Positions 1 through 9,628 of a DNA stretch of 54,198 nucleotides are shown piece after piece. A program made the translations under genes and the position numbers. The stretch is from positions 1 through 54,198 of the forward strand of contig CAZNVQ010000002.1 of assembly GCA_964576425.1 (NCBI GenBank). The letters run 5' to 3'. The DNA comes from an uncultured Flavipsychrobacter sp. (GTDB lineage: Bacteria > Bacteroidota > Bacteroidia > Chitinophagales > Chitinophagaceae). The notes under the pieces are model-generated. The model did no database searches. It was not told the origin of the DNA and was given only the letters and a program-made list of their open reading frames with translations. How positions within the stretch are numbered: position 1 is the stretch's first letter; the number at the start of each line of letters is the position of its first letter.

Positions 1-3000
1 TTAACCGTTACCGTTACGTTCGCTGTATTAGAACATCCTGTTGTTGTGTTCGTTCCTGTTACTGTGTAAGTCTGTGTCGCTGTCGGCACAAAGGAAACAC
101 CGTTTGTTACGCCGTTGTTCCATGTATAGGTCGTTGCCCCTGTTCCGTTTAAAGTAACTGATTGTCCAGCACAAATTGATTGGTTGGAACCAGCACCTAC
201 GTTTGGTGAAGCGTTAACCGTTACATTAACTGTATCATAAGCAAAACAATTTGCTCCTGTAGTAGCAGTTACAATATATTGACCTGAAGAAGTTGGAATA
301 AAAGATACTCCGTTTGAAATACCATTGTTCCAAGAAACAGTTCCGTTTGAAACTGCATTTAAGACTACAGAATTGCCAGCACAAACAACAACATCATTTC
401 CAGCATTTACGTTAACATTACAAGCTACTCCTGTGTTGAAATTAACATAAACACTATCCATGCCACTGCACAAACCAAGTGAAACTGTACATTTATACCA
501 ACCAGAAGTTGTGACAGTAGTTGATTGAGTTTGAGCACCATTATTCCAGCTATAGGACAAAAAACCACTGCCTGCATTTAGCACATAGCTTGCTCCATAA
601 GCTTGGATAGTGTCTTGAGGAATAAAGTCATTGACATTAGCTTGACTTATTGTCAAAATATTTGAAATACCTGTTGCACCATTTGGCGTATAAGGACAAG
701 TGGCTAATAATCGAAAATCTACATTTCCAAGAAAACCACCAGCGGCATAAACATTAGTTGTTGAAGGGGATAAGGAATCATCAGGAATTGAGGTCCAAGT
801 ATTAGCTCCCGATGGAGAAGATTGCCATTGATATTGATAATAAAAATTATTACCTGTACTTCCTGTCAATAATACAGTTGTATCAGGACAGAACAATGTT
901 GAAGGACTACTTATTACAACATTTGGTGCACTAGTACAAATGTTGGTTGCTTGTTGAATTTGCAGGTTGTAATCTTCAGTTTCGCCATAATAATGATTGC
1001 TACAAGCTGTGAAATTAGGTGTACCATAAACACAACGAACTCTAATTCTTGTGTTGCCAACTGTTGCATTATATGGGATTACAAAATAACCTGAGTCAAC
1101 ATCACCAGGATTAATCACGGTTAAAGATTCATATACCTTTTCACCTGGGTCGTTATAAGAACCATTGTTATTGAAATCTACCCAAATTTTATAAGCTTCA
1201 TAATCATATGCTGTATTTACTAATGCCCACTTCACAGTATCCACTTGTTTAGCTTCATGAGACATTCCGCTAAAATAAGTGTAACCAGTAGTTGTGTTAT
1301 TACAGTATGAATTTAGGTTAGTGATATTGCTTGTTGCACTTCCCCAAGTAGAAAAACTCTTGATATAGTCATTGTCTGAACAACCACCCGCAGCATTGTA
1401 TAAATCTGAAGAGCAATAGCAAGTAACTGCAGGACTTAAACCGACAGTAATTGCATTAGAGTAGCTATAAGTTGAAGTGTTGTTACATAAAACAGAAAAT
1501 CTAAATTGAGTAGGTGCGAAAATTCCGTTTGTTACTGTATAAATAGGATTTGTTGCACCAGAAATGTTTACCCAAGAGCTTGTTGTAGTATTGTATTGTT
1601 GCCAATTAAAAGACAATCCTGTTGCAATTGCATAAGCCGTGTCCGTTAAACTAAAAGCCACTGTTGGACACACATCTGAAGGAGCAAAAGCAGTTCCGGC
1701 AGCTGCTGCGCCAGAACAAGGCTGTGGCGTTACAATATTAATTACATAATCTTCTGTTTCTTGAATATTAGCAACATTGGTGCAAGCATTACTTCCAGTA
1801 ATAGTGTTATAATATGCCCTAAATCTCATACCTGTCAATCCTGCAACTGCTGTACTAGGAATTGTTATAGTTGATGAGGCTGTTGAACCATTCACAGTCA
1901 TTGGTATATATTCACCTAAGTCGAATAATCCATTCTGATTGTAGTCAATCCATATACTTACACCATAATTAGAAGCATTCAAGGTAGCATTAATGGTATA
2001 AGTATAGGTCTTTGCCAAAGTACCAGTGTTGTTTGCAAATGAAGGGTCGTTTCTAGTGTGTCCACCATTTCCGAAACCATCCACAGATGAAGTATTGATT
2101 GGAGTATTACTCACCGTAACATTGGTGATAATATTTGATGAATTGGTGTGAATAGTAGTATTTGTGAAAGGACTACAATAACACATGTAGAAAGGTTGGC
2201 TAGTTACAGAAACTGGCGTTGTATAACTTACATTTCCAGAACAAGTAACCACAGCGCGATAATCAGTTGCCACTGATGGCATAGTGGCTTTGTAAAAACT
2301 CATATAATTGGTTGGCGCACTACTAGCAATTGCTGTCCAAGTTGATCCTGTTGAAGGTTTTGACTGCCAAGTTATTGTTATTCCAGAAGCCAAAGACAAG
2401 TTACTTATAGATAAAATAACTGGTCCACCAGTACAAGCACTTGAAACATCAGCAACTGCGTTACCTGCAGCTTGAATACCTGAACAAGAAACTGCGGTAT
2501 ATTCATAAGCTCCTAAATCAGGGGTAGTTGCACTTCTAGAAACATCAAGTATATCTGTAGTAATGTATCTGTTGTCACCCAAATCATCCATAAATGGATT
2601 CGTTGGTTTAAAATTCCCAGTAGAAGGACTAGCAAAAAATGGATCCAATCCCACAGATAATCCATCGAGATTTGAACCACTCATCCATTCGAATATTGAC
2701 TTATAATAAGTTGTCAAAAACTTACCTGCATAATTATAACCTTGTCCATTGAGATAAATATTATTATTGTTACAATCAATTTTTGTAGATCCATCAACAA
2801 CATTCACACCCATTTTGATGTTGGCTGATTTCCTTGTAATGACAATATTATTGTTATAGAAATAACTGAATGATGCACTATTTAATTGCTCATGATAATA
2901 ACCAACTGTGACACCTATTGCCACTGAAGCATTATTGGTTGAAGCAACCGTGTTATGATAAAAATTAGTATTTCCTGAAAACTGATTGAAGAAATAATAA

Positions 3001-4850
3001 TGATTTCCTAAACCAATTAAATTGTATAATAAATTGTTTGAAATATCGTGTCTCAAGATATTAGAAGCCGGACAATTCAAAACTGAAATTCCATAAAATT
3101 CAGCAGTTGAATTGGCTGTTGATGGGGTGTGAATTTTATTCTTTTGAACTCTTAAATACAAGCAGCCATTTTCAAAAACCATTGCACGATAGTTTGTTGC
3201 ATTAGTTCTTCCACTTCTGTGTAAAGTATTTTTGCTAATCAATGGGCTATTCATTCCATTTGCATAAATACCATACACTGAGCTATTTTTAATTTCATTG
3301 TTATTTACCGTCCATCCATTTAATAAACCATTAACACTGTTCTGACCCATCATGGTAATACCATAAGCACCACCATTAATTGTATTATTTGAAATAGTTG
3401 TGTAATCACAAGCACTATTCTCAGCAAGTGGATTTGTTGTTGAACCTGAAACTACTATTCCAGCATAATTAGTTGATGTACTGTTAGAATCTAAAGTAAT
3501 AGTACAACCATTAATGGTAACATAGTCAGCATCATTCGTTAACAAAATCCCATAAGCGTAATTGCTTGTTGATGTGCTGTAACCATTTATATTTAAGTTG
3601 TTGATTGTGATATAATCACTACCATCGATAGTTATGGCTGCACGTTGGTTTGGGTTAGTTGAAACATAAGATAATGTGGCACCATTACCATTGATTGTAA
3701 TTGTATTTGTTGGTGATGTTCCACAAGTGTTACCAATGCTTAAAGTGAAAGATTCATTATAAGTTCCTGGGGCAACATTTACAACAATAGGTCCAGAAAT
3801 GGAATTGGCAACTGCAGATGCAAATGCGTTAAAGCTATTGAAATTAGAACCTCCGGTACTGATATTCGTTGGCAATGTATTATTGATAGTATATGTTCCA
3901 CCCGGTAAATAAGAGGTTGTGGTCATTGATACTGCATTTGTGTTGCTTGTATTAGCGCCACAACTTACTGCTGCTCTATAAAATTGAGTTGCAGTAGCTG
4001 TGAAGAAATAGTTTAAGTTAGTTGCACCAGTTATGTTTGTCCAAGGACCTGAAGCAGATGCACTTGTTTGCCAAGCCACTGACATGCCATTTCCAAAAGA
4101 AGTACCAGATAAAGTGAGGTTATTCAAAGTTCCAGGACATGGATTGCTGTTACCAATTACTGCTGTTCCTGCAGTTGGCATTCCAGAACAAGCGTTGGAT
4201 AAATAACCTAAACGAATATTTTGACGAATACTTGTTGATGTTCCAACTTGCGTACCAACTGTGCTTGTATCTCCACAAACAACTGTTGTGTTTCCTCTTA
4301 CCCAGCGAGAATAAGTAAATCCAGCGGTCAAGCCAGTATTGGTTCTTTGTACACTTGCGTTGCTGGATGTTGTTGTATTGTTGAAACATGTTTCTATGAT
4401 AAGATTATCAGTACCATTCCACAAAAATGAATTGTTGAAAGAAGTTTGAATCCAACCGGTAACTATGTTTAAAGTAACGGGTGTTGACACTGCCACCAAA
4501 CCTGATGTTTGCCATCCGTTGGCCAAAGGATTGGTCGCCGTTGTGGTATAAACCTTAACATTCCAACCCACTAATGGACTTGAACTATTTGTTGCTGTTA
4601 CGTTGAAACCCAATGAACTTATCACTGCATTTACTGGAATACCTGCCGCTGTTAATTCTGATGCACGAATCAAAAACTGATGTCGCGCTCCTTGATACAC
4701 ATTTCCATAAGGTGCCGGAAAACCAGTTGTTGTGTTCGAGGTTGTTCCATTTCCAATAATGGCAAAGTTTTGAGCAGATGAGTTTTGTGCCAAGAACAAC
4801 ATTAACAATAACAAATAATTGCTCAATGTTCTGATAAAATTAAATTGCAT
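1..4850 (-). CDS. Very large secreted cell-surface protein, partial (>1616 aa, C-terminus beyond window start): signal peptide, parallel beta-helix-like repeat region, two GEVED-type domains, C-terminal Cys-containing Ig-like repeats; probable adhesin-like T9SS cargo
   Basis: Not in the ORF track because there is no stop in the window. Manual minus-strand translation from ATG 4850..4848 gives MQFNFIRTLSNYLLLLMLFLAQNSSAQNFAIIGNGTT. Phase was confirmed at 2999 (YYFFNQFSGNTNFYHNTVAS), 1760 (NIQETEDYVI), 986 (HYYGETEDYNLQ) and 59 (TGTNTTTGCSNTANVTVTV). GETEDY matches the GEVED-domain signature. N/G/I-rich short repeats at about 2700-3700 resemble a right-handed beta-helix. Confidence 0.85.
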   Translation of the reverse strand, partial: MQFNFIRTLSNYLLLLMLFLAQNSSAQNFAIIGNGTTSNTTTGFPAPYGNVYQGARHQFLIRASELTAAGIPVNAVISSLGFNVTATNSSSPLVGWNVKVYTTTATNPLANGWQTSGLVAVSTPVTLNIVTGWIQTSFNNSFLWNGTDNLIIETCFNNTTTSSNASVQRTNTGLTAGFTYSRWVRGNTTVVCGDTSTVGTQVGTSTSIRQNIRLGYLSNACSGMPTAGTAVIGNSNPCPGTLNNLTLSGTSFGNGMSVAWQTSASASGPWTNITGATNLNYFFTATATQFYRAAVSCGANTSNTNAVSMTTTSYLPGGTYTINNTLPTNISTGGSNFNSFNAFASAVANSISGPIVVNVAPGTYNESFTLSIGNTCGTSPTNTITINGNGATLSYVSTNPNQRAAITIDGSDYITINNLNINGYSTSTSNYAYGILLTNDADYVTINGCTITLDSNSTSTNYAGIVVSGSTTNPLAENSACDYTTISNNTINGGAYGITMMGQNSVNGLLNGWTVNNNEIKNSSVYGIYANGMNSPLISKNTLHRSGRTNATNYRAMVFENGCLYLRVQKNKIHTPSTANSTAEFYGISVLNCPASNILRHDISNNLLYNLIGLGNHYYFFNQFSGNTNFYHNTVASTNNASVAIGVTVGYYHEQLNSASFSYFYNNNIVITRKSANIKMGVNVVDGSTKIDCNNNNIYLNGQGYNYAGKFLTTYYKSIFEWMSGSNLDGLSVGLDPFFASPSTGNFKPTNPFMDDLGDNRYITTDILDVSRSATTPDLGAYEYTAVSCSGIQAAGNAVADVSSACTGGPVILSISNLSLASGITITWQSKPSTGSTWTAIASSAPTNYMSFYKATMPSVATDYRAVVTCSGNVSYTTPVSVTSQPFYMCYCSPFTNTTIHTNSSNIITNVTVSNTPINTSSVDGFGNGGHTRNDPSFANNTGTLAKTYTYTINATLNASNYGVSIWIDYNQNGLFDLGEYIPMTVNGSTASSTITIPSTAVAGLTGMRFRAYYNTITGSNACTNVANIQETEDYVINIVTPQPCSGAAAAGTAFAPSDVCPTVAFSLTDTAYAIATGLSFNWQQYNTTTSSWVNISGATNPIYTVTNGIFAPTQFRFSVLCNNTSTYSYSNAITVGLSPAVTCYCSSDLYNAAGGCSDNDYIKSFSTWGSATSNITNLNSYCNNTTTGYTYFSGMSHEAKQVDTVKWALVNTAYDYEAYKIWVDFNNNGSYNDPGEKVYESLTVINPGDVDSGYFVIPYNATVGNTRIRVRCVYGTPNFTACSNHYYGETEDYNLQIQQATNICTSAPNVVISSPSTLFCPDTTVLLTGSTGNNFYYQYQWQSSPSGANTWTSIPDDSLSPSTTNVYAAGGFLGNVDFRLLATCPYTPNGATGISNILTISQANVNDFIPQDTIQAYGASYVLNAGSGFLSYSWNNGAQTQSTTVTTSGWYKCTVSLGLCSGMDSVYVNFNTGVACNVNVNAGNDVVVCAGNSVVLNAVSNGTVSWNNGISNGVSFIPTSSGQYIVTATTGANCFAYDTVNVTVNASPNVGAGSNQSICAGQSVTLNGTGATTYTWNNGVTNGVSFVPTATQTYTVTGTNTTTGCSNTANVTVTV

Positions 4851-5023
4851 AAAATTCAAATTGTTTTAGAATACAAAAATGACAACATGATTTATTTAAA
4901 TCCTTTTGAGTCATTTCAAAAAAAGTTCTAAAATACTGATTATTATTGACACAGCCAAAAGTTGTTTTAACTTTTTTTATCGCAACTAATTAAATTTTAA
5001 TTCAAAATTTAAATCTATTAAAT

Positions 5024-5051
5024 AAAAAACCTCCAATTGATTGATTGGAGG
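5024..5051 (-). terminator. Rho-independent terminator after 5070..5495
   Basis: Minus-strand hairpin CCTCCAAT-6 nt-ATTGGAGG followed by TTTTTTATTT. Confidence 0.6.
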
Positions 5052-5069
5052 CTTAATTAAATGTTCAAT

Positions 5070-5495
5070 TTATTTTGATGCTTTTGGTTTTCTGAAGACG
5101 TATCTTGTGATAAACAATCCGCCAGATGAATGACCGTCAGACATTTGAGCATGAGAACCAGTTGTGATTTGAAATAAGTCCCAACCTTCATCACTATACA
5201 TATTAATTCTGTCTACAATTGATCTATCATTATTGGCAATATTTCCAAAATTGATACCAACAAGGCTGTAAAAATTCTTCAATTCTTTTTCTATAAACTG
5301 ACCTTGATCGTCGGTTGTCAAAATTCGAGATCGACCCAACCCACCTGGTATTACTGATTCCAAAGTTGAAAATTGTTTATATTCATAAACAACAGGTGAT
5401 TCATTAGGTGCAGGCGAAGTTTTAAAAGAATACAAGCCCATAAACATCACAGCAGTTAACGCTGAAATAGAAAAAATTTTAATAGTTTCTTTCAT
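5070..5495 (-). CDS. Hypothetical small exported or membrane-anchored protein
   Basis: ORF track gives 5070..5522 with a TTG start. The internal ATG at 5495 gives MKETIKIFSISALTAVMFMGLYSF, an N-terminal hydrophobic segment. No family recognised with confidence. Confidence 0.6.
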   Translation of the reverse strand: MKETIKIFSISALTAVMFMGLYSFKTSPAPNESPVVYEYKQFSTLESVIPGGLGRSRILTTDDQGQFIEKELKNFYSLVGINFGNIANNDRSIVDRINMYSDEGWDLFQITTGSHAQMSDGHSSGGLFITRYVFRKPKASK

Positions 5496-5616
5496 GATTA
5501 AATTTTTAGTTTCGATTTGCAATAATTATACCATTTTTATCCCTTCAAATGTATATCATAAGTACAGTAATTCATAGCTTAAATTATTGAAATATCGTTT
5601 TTCCAATCAACATTTA

Positions 5617-5666
5617 TTGTAATCATCGCAAAAACGAGTCTTAATGATTACAAACAGCTAGATTTG
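5617..5666 (+). promoter_or_regulatory. Perfect 10-bp inverted repeat (TTGTAATCAT-17 nt-ATGATTACAA) next to a candidate -7 box TAGATTTG upstream of the sensor kinase
   Basis: IR arms at 5617..5626 and 5644..5653. TAGATTTG at 5659..5666 lies 17 nt before ATG 5683. No TTG at the expected -33 position. Confidence 0.3.
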
Positions 5667-5682
5667 AACTAGAAAATTTGCA

Positions 5683-6702
5683 ATGGTACAGAAACCAAAC
5701 AAAATTTTATTATTAATAATTGGTAGCGCAACTTTTCTATGGTTGACACTATTTCTTGCGCCTTTCCATTTTCACGATGCTACAAGTTTAAATAATCCAT
5801 ATTTCATTAAAGACACTATTGAAAGTATCCTACTTATTGGGTTTTTCTTCCTTAATTATTTGATTTTAATACCCAAATTCTATTTCAATAATAAAATATT
5901 AAATTATTCTTTACTGTGCGTAACAATTTTTTTATTTATATTGTTTATTCCCACAATTTCATTTCAATGGCTCAGCCCCAAACATCATGAGCATTTTCAT
6001 GAAAACCACGAATATTTCAATCCATTTTTCCCTCATCTTCGCTTTGTATTTTCTTCTTTTTTATCCGTTCTTTTATTCTCTCTTGTTTTGAAAATAAATT
6101 CAAGATGGCGAAAAACCGAAGAGGAAAAATTATCTACACAACTTTCCTATTTAAAAGGTCAAATCAATCCACATTTTCTTTTCAACACCTTAAATAGCAT
6201 TTACTATTTAGCTTCCGAAAAATCTGAAAAAACACCTGATGCAATTATTCGTCTTTCAAACATGATGAGATTTGTTATTACCGAAGCTAATCAGGATGTG
6301 GTCTCGCTTACGAAAGAAATCAGTTACATAACCAATTTTATTGAACTCCAAAAATTAAGACTTGGTCATACCGCTGTACTGAACTATAAAATTGCGGGTT
6401 CAACAATTGATAAAAAAATAGCGCCACTAATTCTCATTCCTTTTATTGAGAATACTTTTAAACATGGCGTCAACCCCGAAGAAATTTCTGTGATTTCAAT
6501 TGAAATTGAAATCAATAATCAAGAACTTGTGTTGAAAGTGGAAAATAAAAAAGTGAAAAAACAAACTAAGGAGGTCAAAAGTGGACTAGGTATCCAAAAT
6601 GCTAAAAATCGACTTGCTTTGTTGTATCCACAAAAACACCAATTATCGGTTGAAGATTTAGCCAATGACTTTAAAGTAACTCTAAAATTACAACTTCTAT
6701 GA
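5683..6702 (+). CDS. LytS/YehU-type sensor histidine kinase with 4 predicted TM segments
   Basis: GQINPHFLFNTLNSIYYL H-box of the His_kinase (LytS-type) family. C-terminal ATPase motifs IENTFKHG and GLGIQNAKNRLALLYP. ATGA overlap with the downstream response regulator. Confidence 0.9.
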   Translation: MVQKPNKILLLIIGSATFLWLTLFLAPFHFHDATSLNNPYFIKDTIESILLIGFFFLNYLILIPKFYFNNKILNYSLLCVTIFLFILFIPTISFQWLSPKHHEHFHENHEYFNPFFPHLRFVFSSFLSVLLFSLVLKINSRWRKTEEEKLSTQLSYLKGQINPHFLFNTLNSIYYLASEKSEKTPDAIIRLSNMMRFVITEANQDVVSLTKEISYITNFIELQKLRLGHTAVLNYKIAGSTIDKKIAPLILIPFIENTFKHGVNPEEISVISIEIEINNQELVLKVENKKVKKQTKEVKSGLGIQNAKNRLALLYPQKHQLSVEDLANDFKVTLKLQLL

Positions 6703-7391
6703 TACAAGCAATTGCTGTTGATGATGAACCATTTGCACTAAAAATAATTGAAGGCTATTGCCAACAAATTGAAGGTATCAGTCTAGAAAAAACATTTACA
6801 AAACCAACTGAGGCATTAAAATATTTGAAACGCTTTCCTGTTGACTTGATTTTTTTAGATGTTGAAATGCCTTCGCTAAGTGGCATTGAATTTTACAAAG
6901 AAGTGAAACAAACTACGATGGTGATTTTCACAACAGCACATATGGAATATGCCGTTGAGGGTTTCAATTTAAATGCACTTGATTTTCTGCTAAAACCCTA
7001 TTCGCTAGAGCGTTTCCAACAAGCTGTGAACAAAGCTCAAGAATACGTTCAGTGGCAACAAAAAACTCCTAATACTCAAAATGCGCATATATTTATTCGC
7101 GCAGATTATAGCTTGTTGAAAGTTGCAATTACAGACATTATTTACATTGAAAGTTTCAGAGATTATTTGAAAATACATCTCAACACTGGAAAGTATATCA
7201 TCACAAGAATGACCATGAAGTCGATTGTTGAAAAGCTTCCAAGCGATGATTTTATTCGAGTACATAAGTCTTTTATTGTTCCATTACAACTCATTTCAAG
7301 TATCCGAAACAAATCAATTTATATCAACCAAATTGAAATCCCTATTGGCAAAAGTTACGAAGAGGATTTCTTTAAAGTATTTAAAGGCTAG
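6699..7391 (+). CDS. LytTR-family (LytR/AlgR) response regulator
   Basis: Receiver domain (AVDDEPFAL, FLDVEMPSLSGIEF) plus a C-terminal LytTR DNA-binding domain (IIYIESFRDYLKIHL...FIRVHKSFIV). Confidence 0.9.
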   Translation: MIQAIAVDDEPFALKIIEGYCQQIEGISLEKTFTKPTEALKYLKRFPVDLIFLDVEMPSLSGIEFYKEVKQTTMVIFTTAHMEYAVEGFNLNALDFLLKPYSLERFQQAVNKAQEYVQWQQKTPNTQNAHIFIRADYSLLKVAITDIIYIESFRDYLKIHLNTGKYIITRMTMKSIVEKLPSDDFIRVHKSFIVPLQLISSIRNKSIYINQIEIPIGKSYEEDFFKVFKG

Positions 7392-9490
7392 CTGATTTTG
7401 CCCCAATGTGACTGTTGTTTTTCTTTGACTAAAAGTTGTCGCAATGCTTGATGTTGCGGCAATTGAAGGTTGGTATCTTCATCTAAAAGTTGTTTGGCTT
7501 CGTTTCTTGTTTGCTCCAAAATTGCAACATCGGTAACTATATCTGCAATTTTAAATTTGAGCACACCACTCTGTTTCGTGCCATTCAAATCGCCTGGTCC
7601 TCGCATAGCTAAATCTTGCTCTGCAATAATAAAACCATTCGTTGTGCTGGTTATAATTTGCATTCTTTGCGCACTTTCTTTCGACATTTTTGTTCCCGTC
7701 AAAAGAACACAATAGGATTGGTCGCTGCCACGACCAACTCTTCCTCTCAATTGGTGTAACTGCGACAAACCAAAACGTTCCGCACTTTCAATCACCATGA
7801 CCGATGCGTTGGGTACATTAACACCAACTTCAATTACTGTTGTGGCAACCAAAATATTGGCTTCACCTTTCACAAAACGAGCCATGTTTCTTTCTCTTTC
7901 CTCTAAATCCTGTTTGCCATGTACCATTGCAATTTTGTATTTGGTATCAGGAAAAAAAATCTTGACTTGTTCGTACCCTGCCATCAAACTTTCATAATCT
8001 AATTTCTCCGATTCTTCAATTAATGGATAAACAATATAGGCTTGCCTTCCTTTTGTAATCTCATTTTTCACAAACTCCATGACTCGCACGCGGTTCATTT
8101 CATTTCGATGAAAGGTCTTAATTTCTTGTCGCCCTGGAGGAAGTTCGTCAATAACAGATACGTCTAAATCTCCATACAATGTCATGGCTAGTGTTCTTGG
8201 AATAGGCGTTGCTGTCATCACCAAAACATGTGGCGGAAGTATGTTTTTTTTCCATAGCTTTGCCCGCTGCCCCACGCCAAAGCGATGTTGTTCATCAATG
8301 ACTGCAATGCCTAGATTCTTAAACTGAACAGTGTCTTCAATGAGTGCATGTGTTCCAATCACAATAGAAAGACGACCATCGGCTAATTTTTGTAAAATAT
8401 CTTTTCGAAGCTTTCCTTTTACATTTCCAGTCAACAAAGCCACTTCAATACCAACTCCTTGCATCAATTCATGAATACCTTGAAAGTGTTGCTGAGCAAG
8501 CAATTCAGTTGGCGCCATCATGCATGCTTGAAAGCCATTATCGATTGCCAAAAGCATCGACATCAACGCCACAATTGTTTTTCCACTTCCCACATCACCT
8601 TGAACTAGACGATTCATTTGTTTTCCGGTTAAGGTGTCTTGTCTAATTTCTTTCAATACTCTTTTTTGCGCATTTGTCAATTGAAATGGTAAATGTTGAT
8701 GAAAAAAATTATTGAAATAATCACCGACAATTGGGAAATGAAATCCTTGCTGAACCTGATGCTGCAATCTAAGTTGAGCAATTTTGAGTTGAGCAATAAA
8801 CAGCTCTTCAAATTTTAGCCGATAGCGTGCCTTTTGTAAACTTATTTCCGAATCTGGGAAATGAATAGCATAAATGGCAAATGCTCGACTGCAAAGTTGC
8901 TGCCTAGTAATGATATTTGAAGGTAAAAATTCAGGTAAGTCTTTAGCTGAAATTTTTTCGAAAAGCGCTTGGGTTATTTTGGCAAATGTGCGATTACTAA
9001 TGCCCTTGTTGCGCAACTTTTCTGTGGAAGAATAAACAGGATGTAGGCCAGTTTTTACGGATTCCTGAGTTACTAATTCTACCTCAGGATGGGCAATGTT
9101 TAGCGTTCCATTGAAATTTGATACTTTACCAAAAACTAAATATTGCTTTTGCTCCATCAAGCTATTCTTCAACCAACTTACACCTTGAAACCAAACTAGA
9201 TCAATGGTTCCAGTATCGTCAACAAGTGTAGCCGTTAATCTTTTTTTGAATCCCTCACCCTCAACTATAATATTAATTAATCTTCCAACTGTTTGAACCA
9301 TTTCTTGTTCTGATGTCAATTGGGCAACTTTTAATAATTGAGTTCTGTCGAAGTACCGATAAGGAAAATGATATAACAAATCCTCATAAGTATTCAATTC
9401 CAACTCCTCGCGTAGTAATGTTCCTCGCTGCGGACCAACACCTTTAATAAACTCAACAGGTGTTTCTAATATGTTTTCAGAAAAACTAAT
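7388..9490 (-). CDS. recG: ATP-dependent DNA helicase RecG; start uncertain
   Basis: DEAD/helicase motifs GDVGSGKT, VIDEQHRFG, MTATPIPRT, QLHQLRGRVGRG. ORF track starts at TTG 9403, but the conserved N-terminus SFSENILETPVEFIKGVGPQRG is encoded in frame upstream, with only ATT/ATA as candidate starts (ATT at 9490). Confidence 0.9.
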   Translation of the reverse strand: MSFSENILETPVEFIKGVGPQRGTLLREELELNTYEDLLYHFPYRYFDRTQLLKVAQLTSEQEMVQTVGRLINIIVEGEGFKKRLTATLVDDTGTIDLVWFQGVSWLKNSLMEQKQYLVFGKVSNFNGTLNIAHPEVELVTQESVKTGLHPVYSSTEKLRNKGISNRTFAKITQALFEKISAKDLPEFLPSNIITRQQLCSRAFAIYAIHFPDSEISLQKARYRLKFEELFIAQLKIAQLRLQHQVQQGFHFPIVGDYFNNFFHQHLPFQLTNAQKRVLKEIRQDTLTGKQMNRLVQGDVGSGKTIVALMSMLLAIDNGFQACMMAPTELLAQQHFQGIHELMQGVGIEVALLTGNVKGKLRKDILQKLADGRLSIVIGTHALIEDTVQFKNLGIAVIDEQHRFGVGQRAKLWKKNILPPHVLVMTATPIPRTLAMTLYGDLDVSVIDELPPGRQEIKTFHRNEMNRVRVMEFVKNEITKGRQAYIVYPLIEESEKLDYESLMAGYEQVKIFFPDTKYKIAMVHGKQDLEERERNMARFVKGEANILVATTVIEVGVNVPNASVMVIESAERFGLSQLHQLRGRVGRGSDQSYCVLLTGTKMSKESAQRMQIITSTTNGFIIAEQDLAMRGPGDLNGTKQSGVLKFKIADIVTDVAILEQTRNEAKQLLDEDTNLQLPQHQALRQLLVKEKQQSHWGKIS

Positions 9491-9573
9491 TTTATGTAAA
9501 ATTTAAAACAAAAATAAACCCATCAAACTAGATGAAGCAAACGATGTTGCGCAAGTTAAAAATTAGTAACATT

Positions 9574-9601
9574 AAAAAAGTGCCGTTCTAGGAACAGCAC
9601 T
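9574..9601 (-). terminator. Rho-independent terminator after recA
   Basis: Minus-strand hairpin GTGCTGTTC-CTA-GAACGGCAC followed by TTTTTT. Confidence 0.6.
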
Positions 9602-9628
9602 TTTGAAACTATGTGTACTTACTAAATA

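Noticed and set aside
4150-4430. Two short ORFs (4150..4389 minus, 4248..4430 plus) listed in the track
   Set aside because: Both lie out of frame inside the giant 1..4850 coding region and have low-complexity, non-protein-like sequences.
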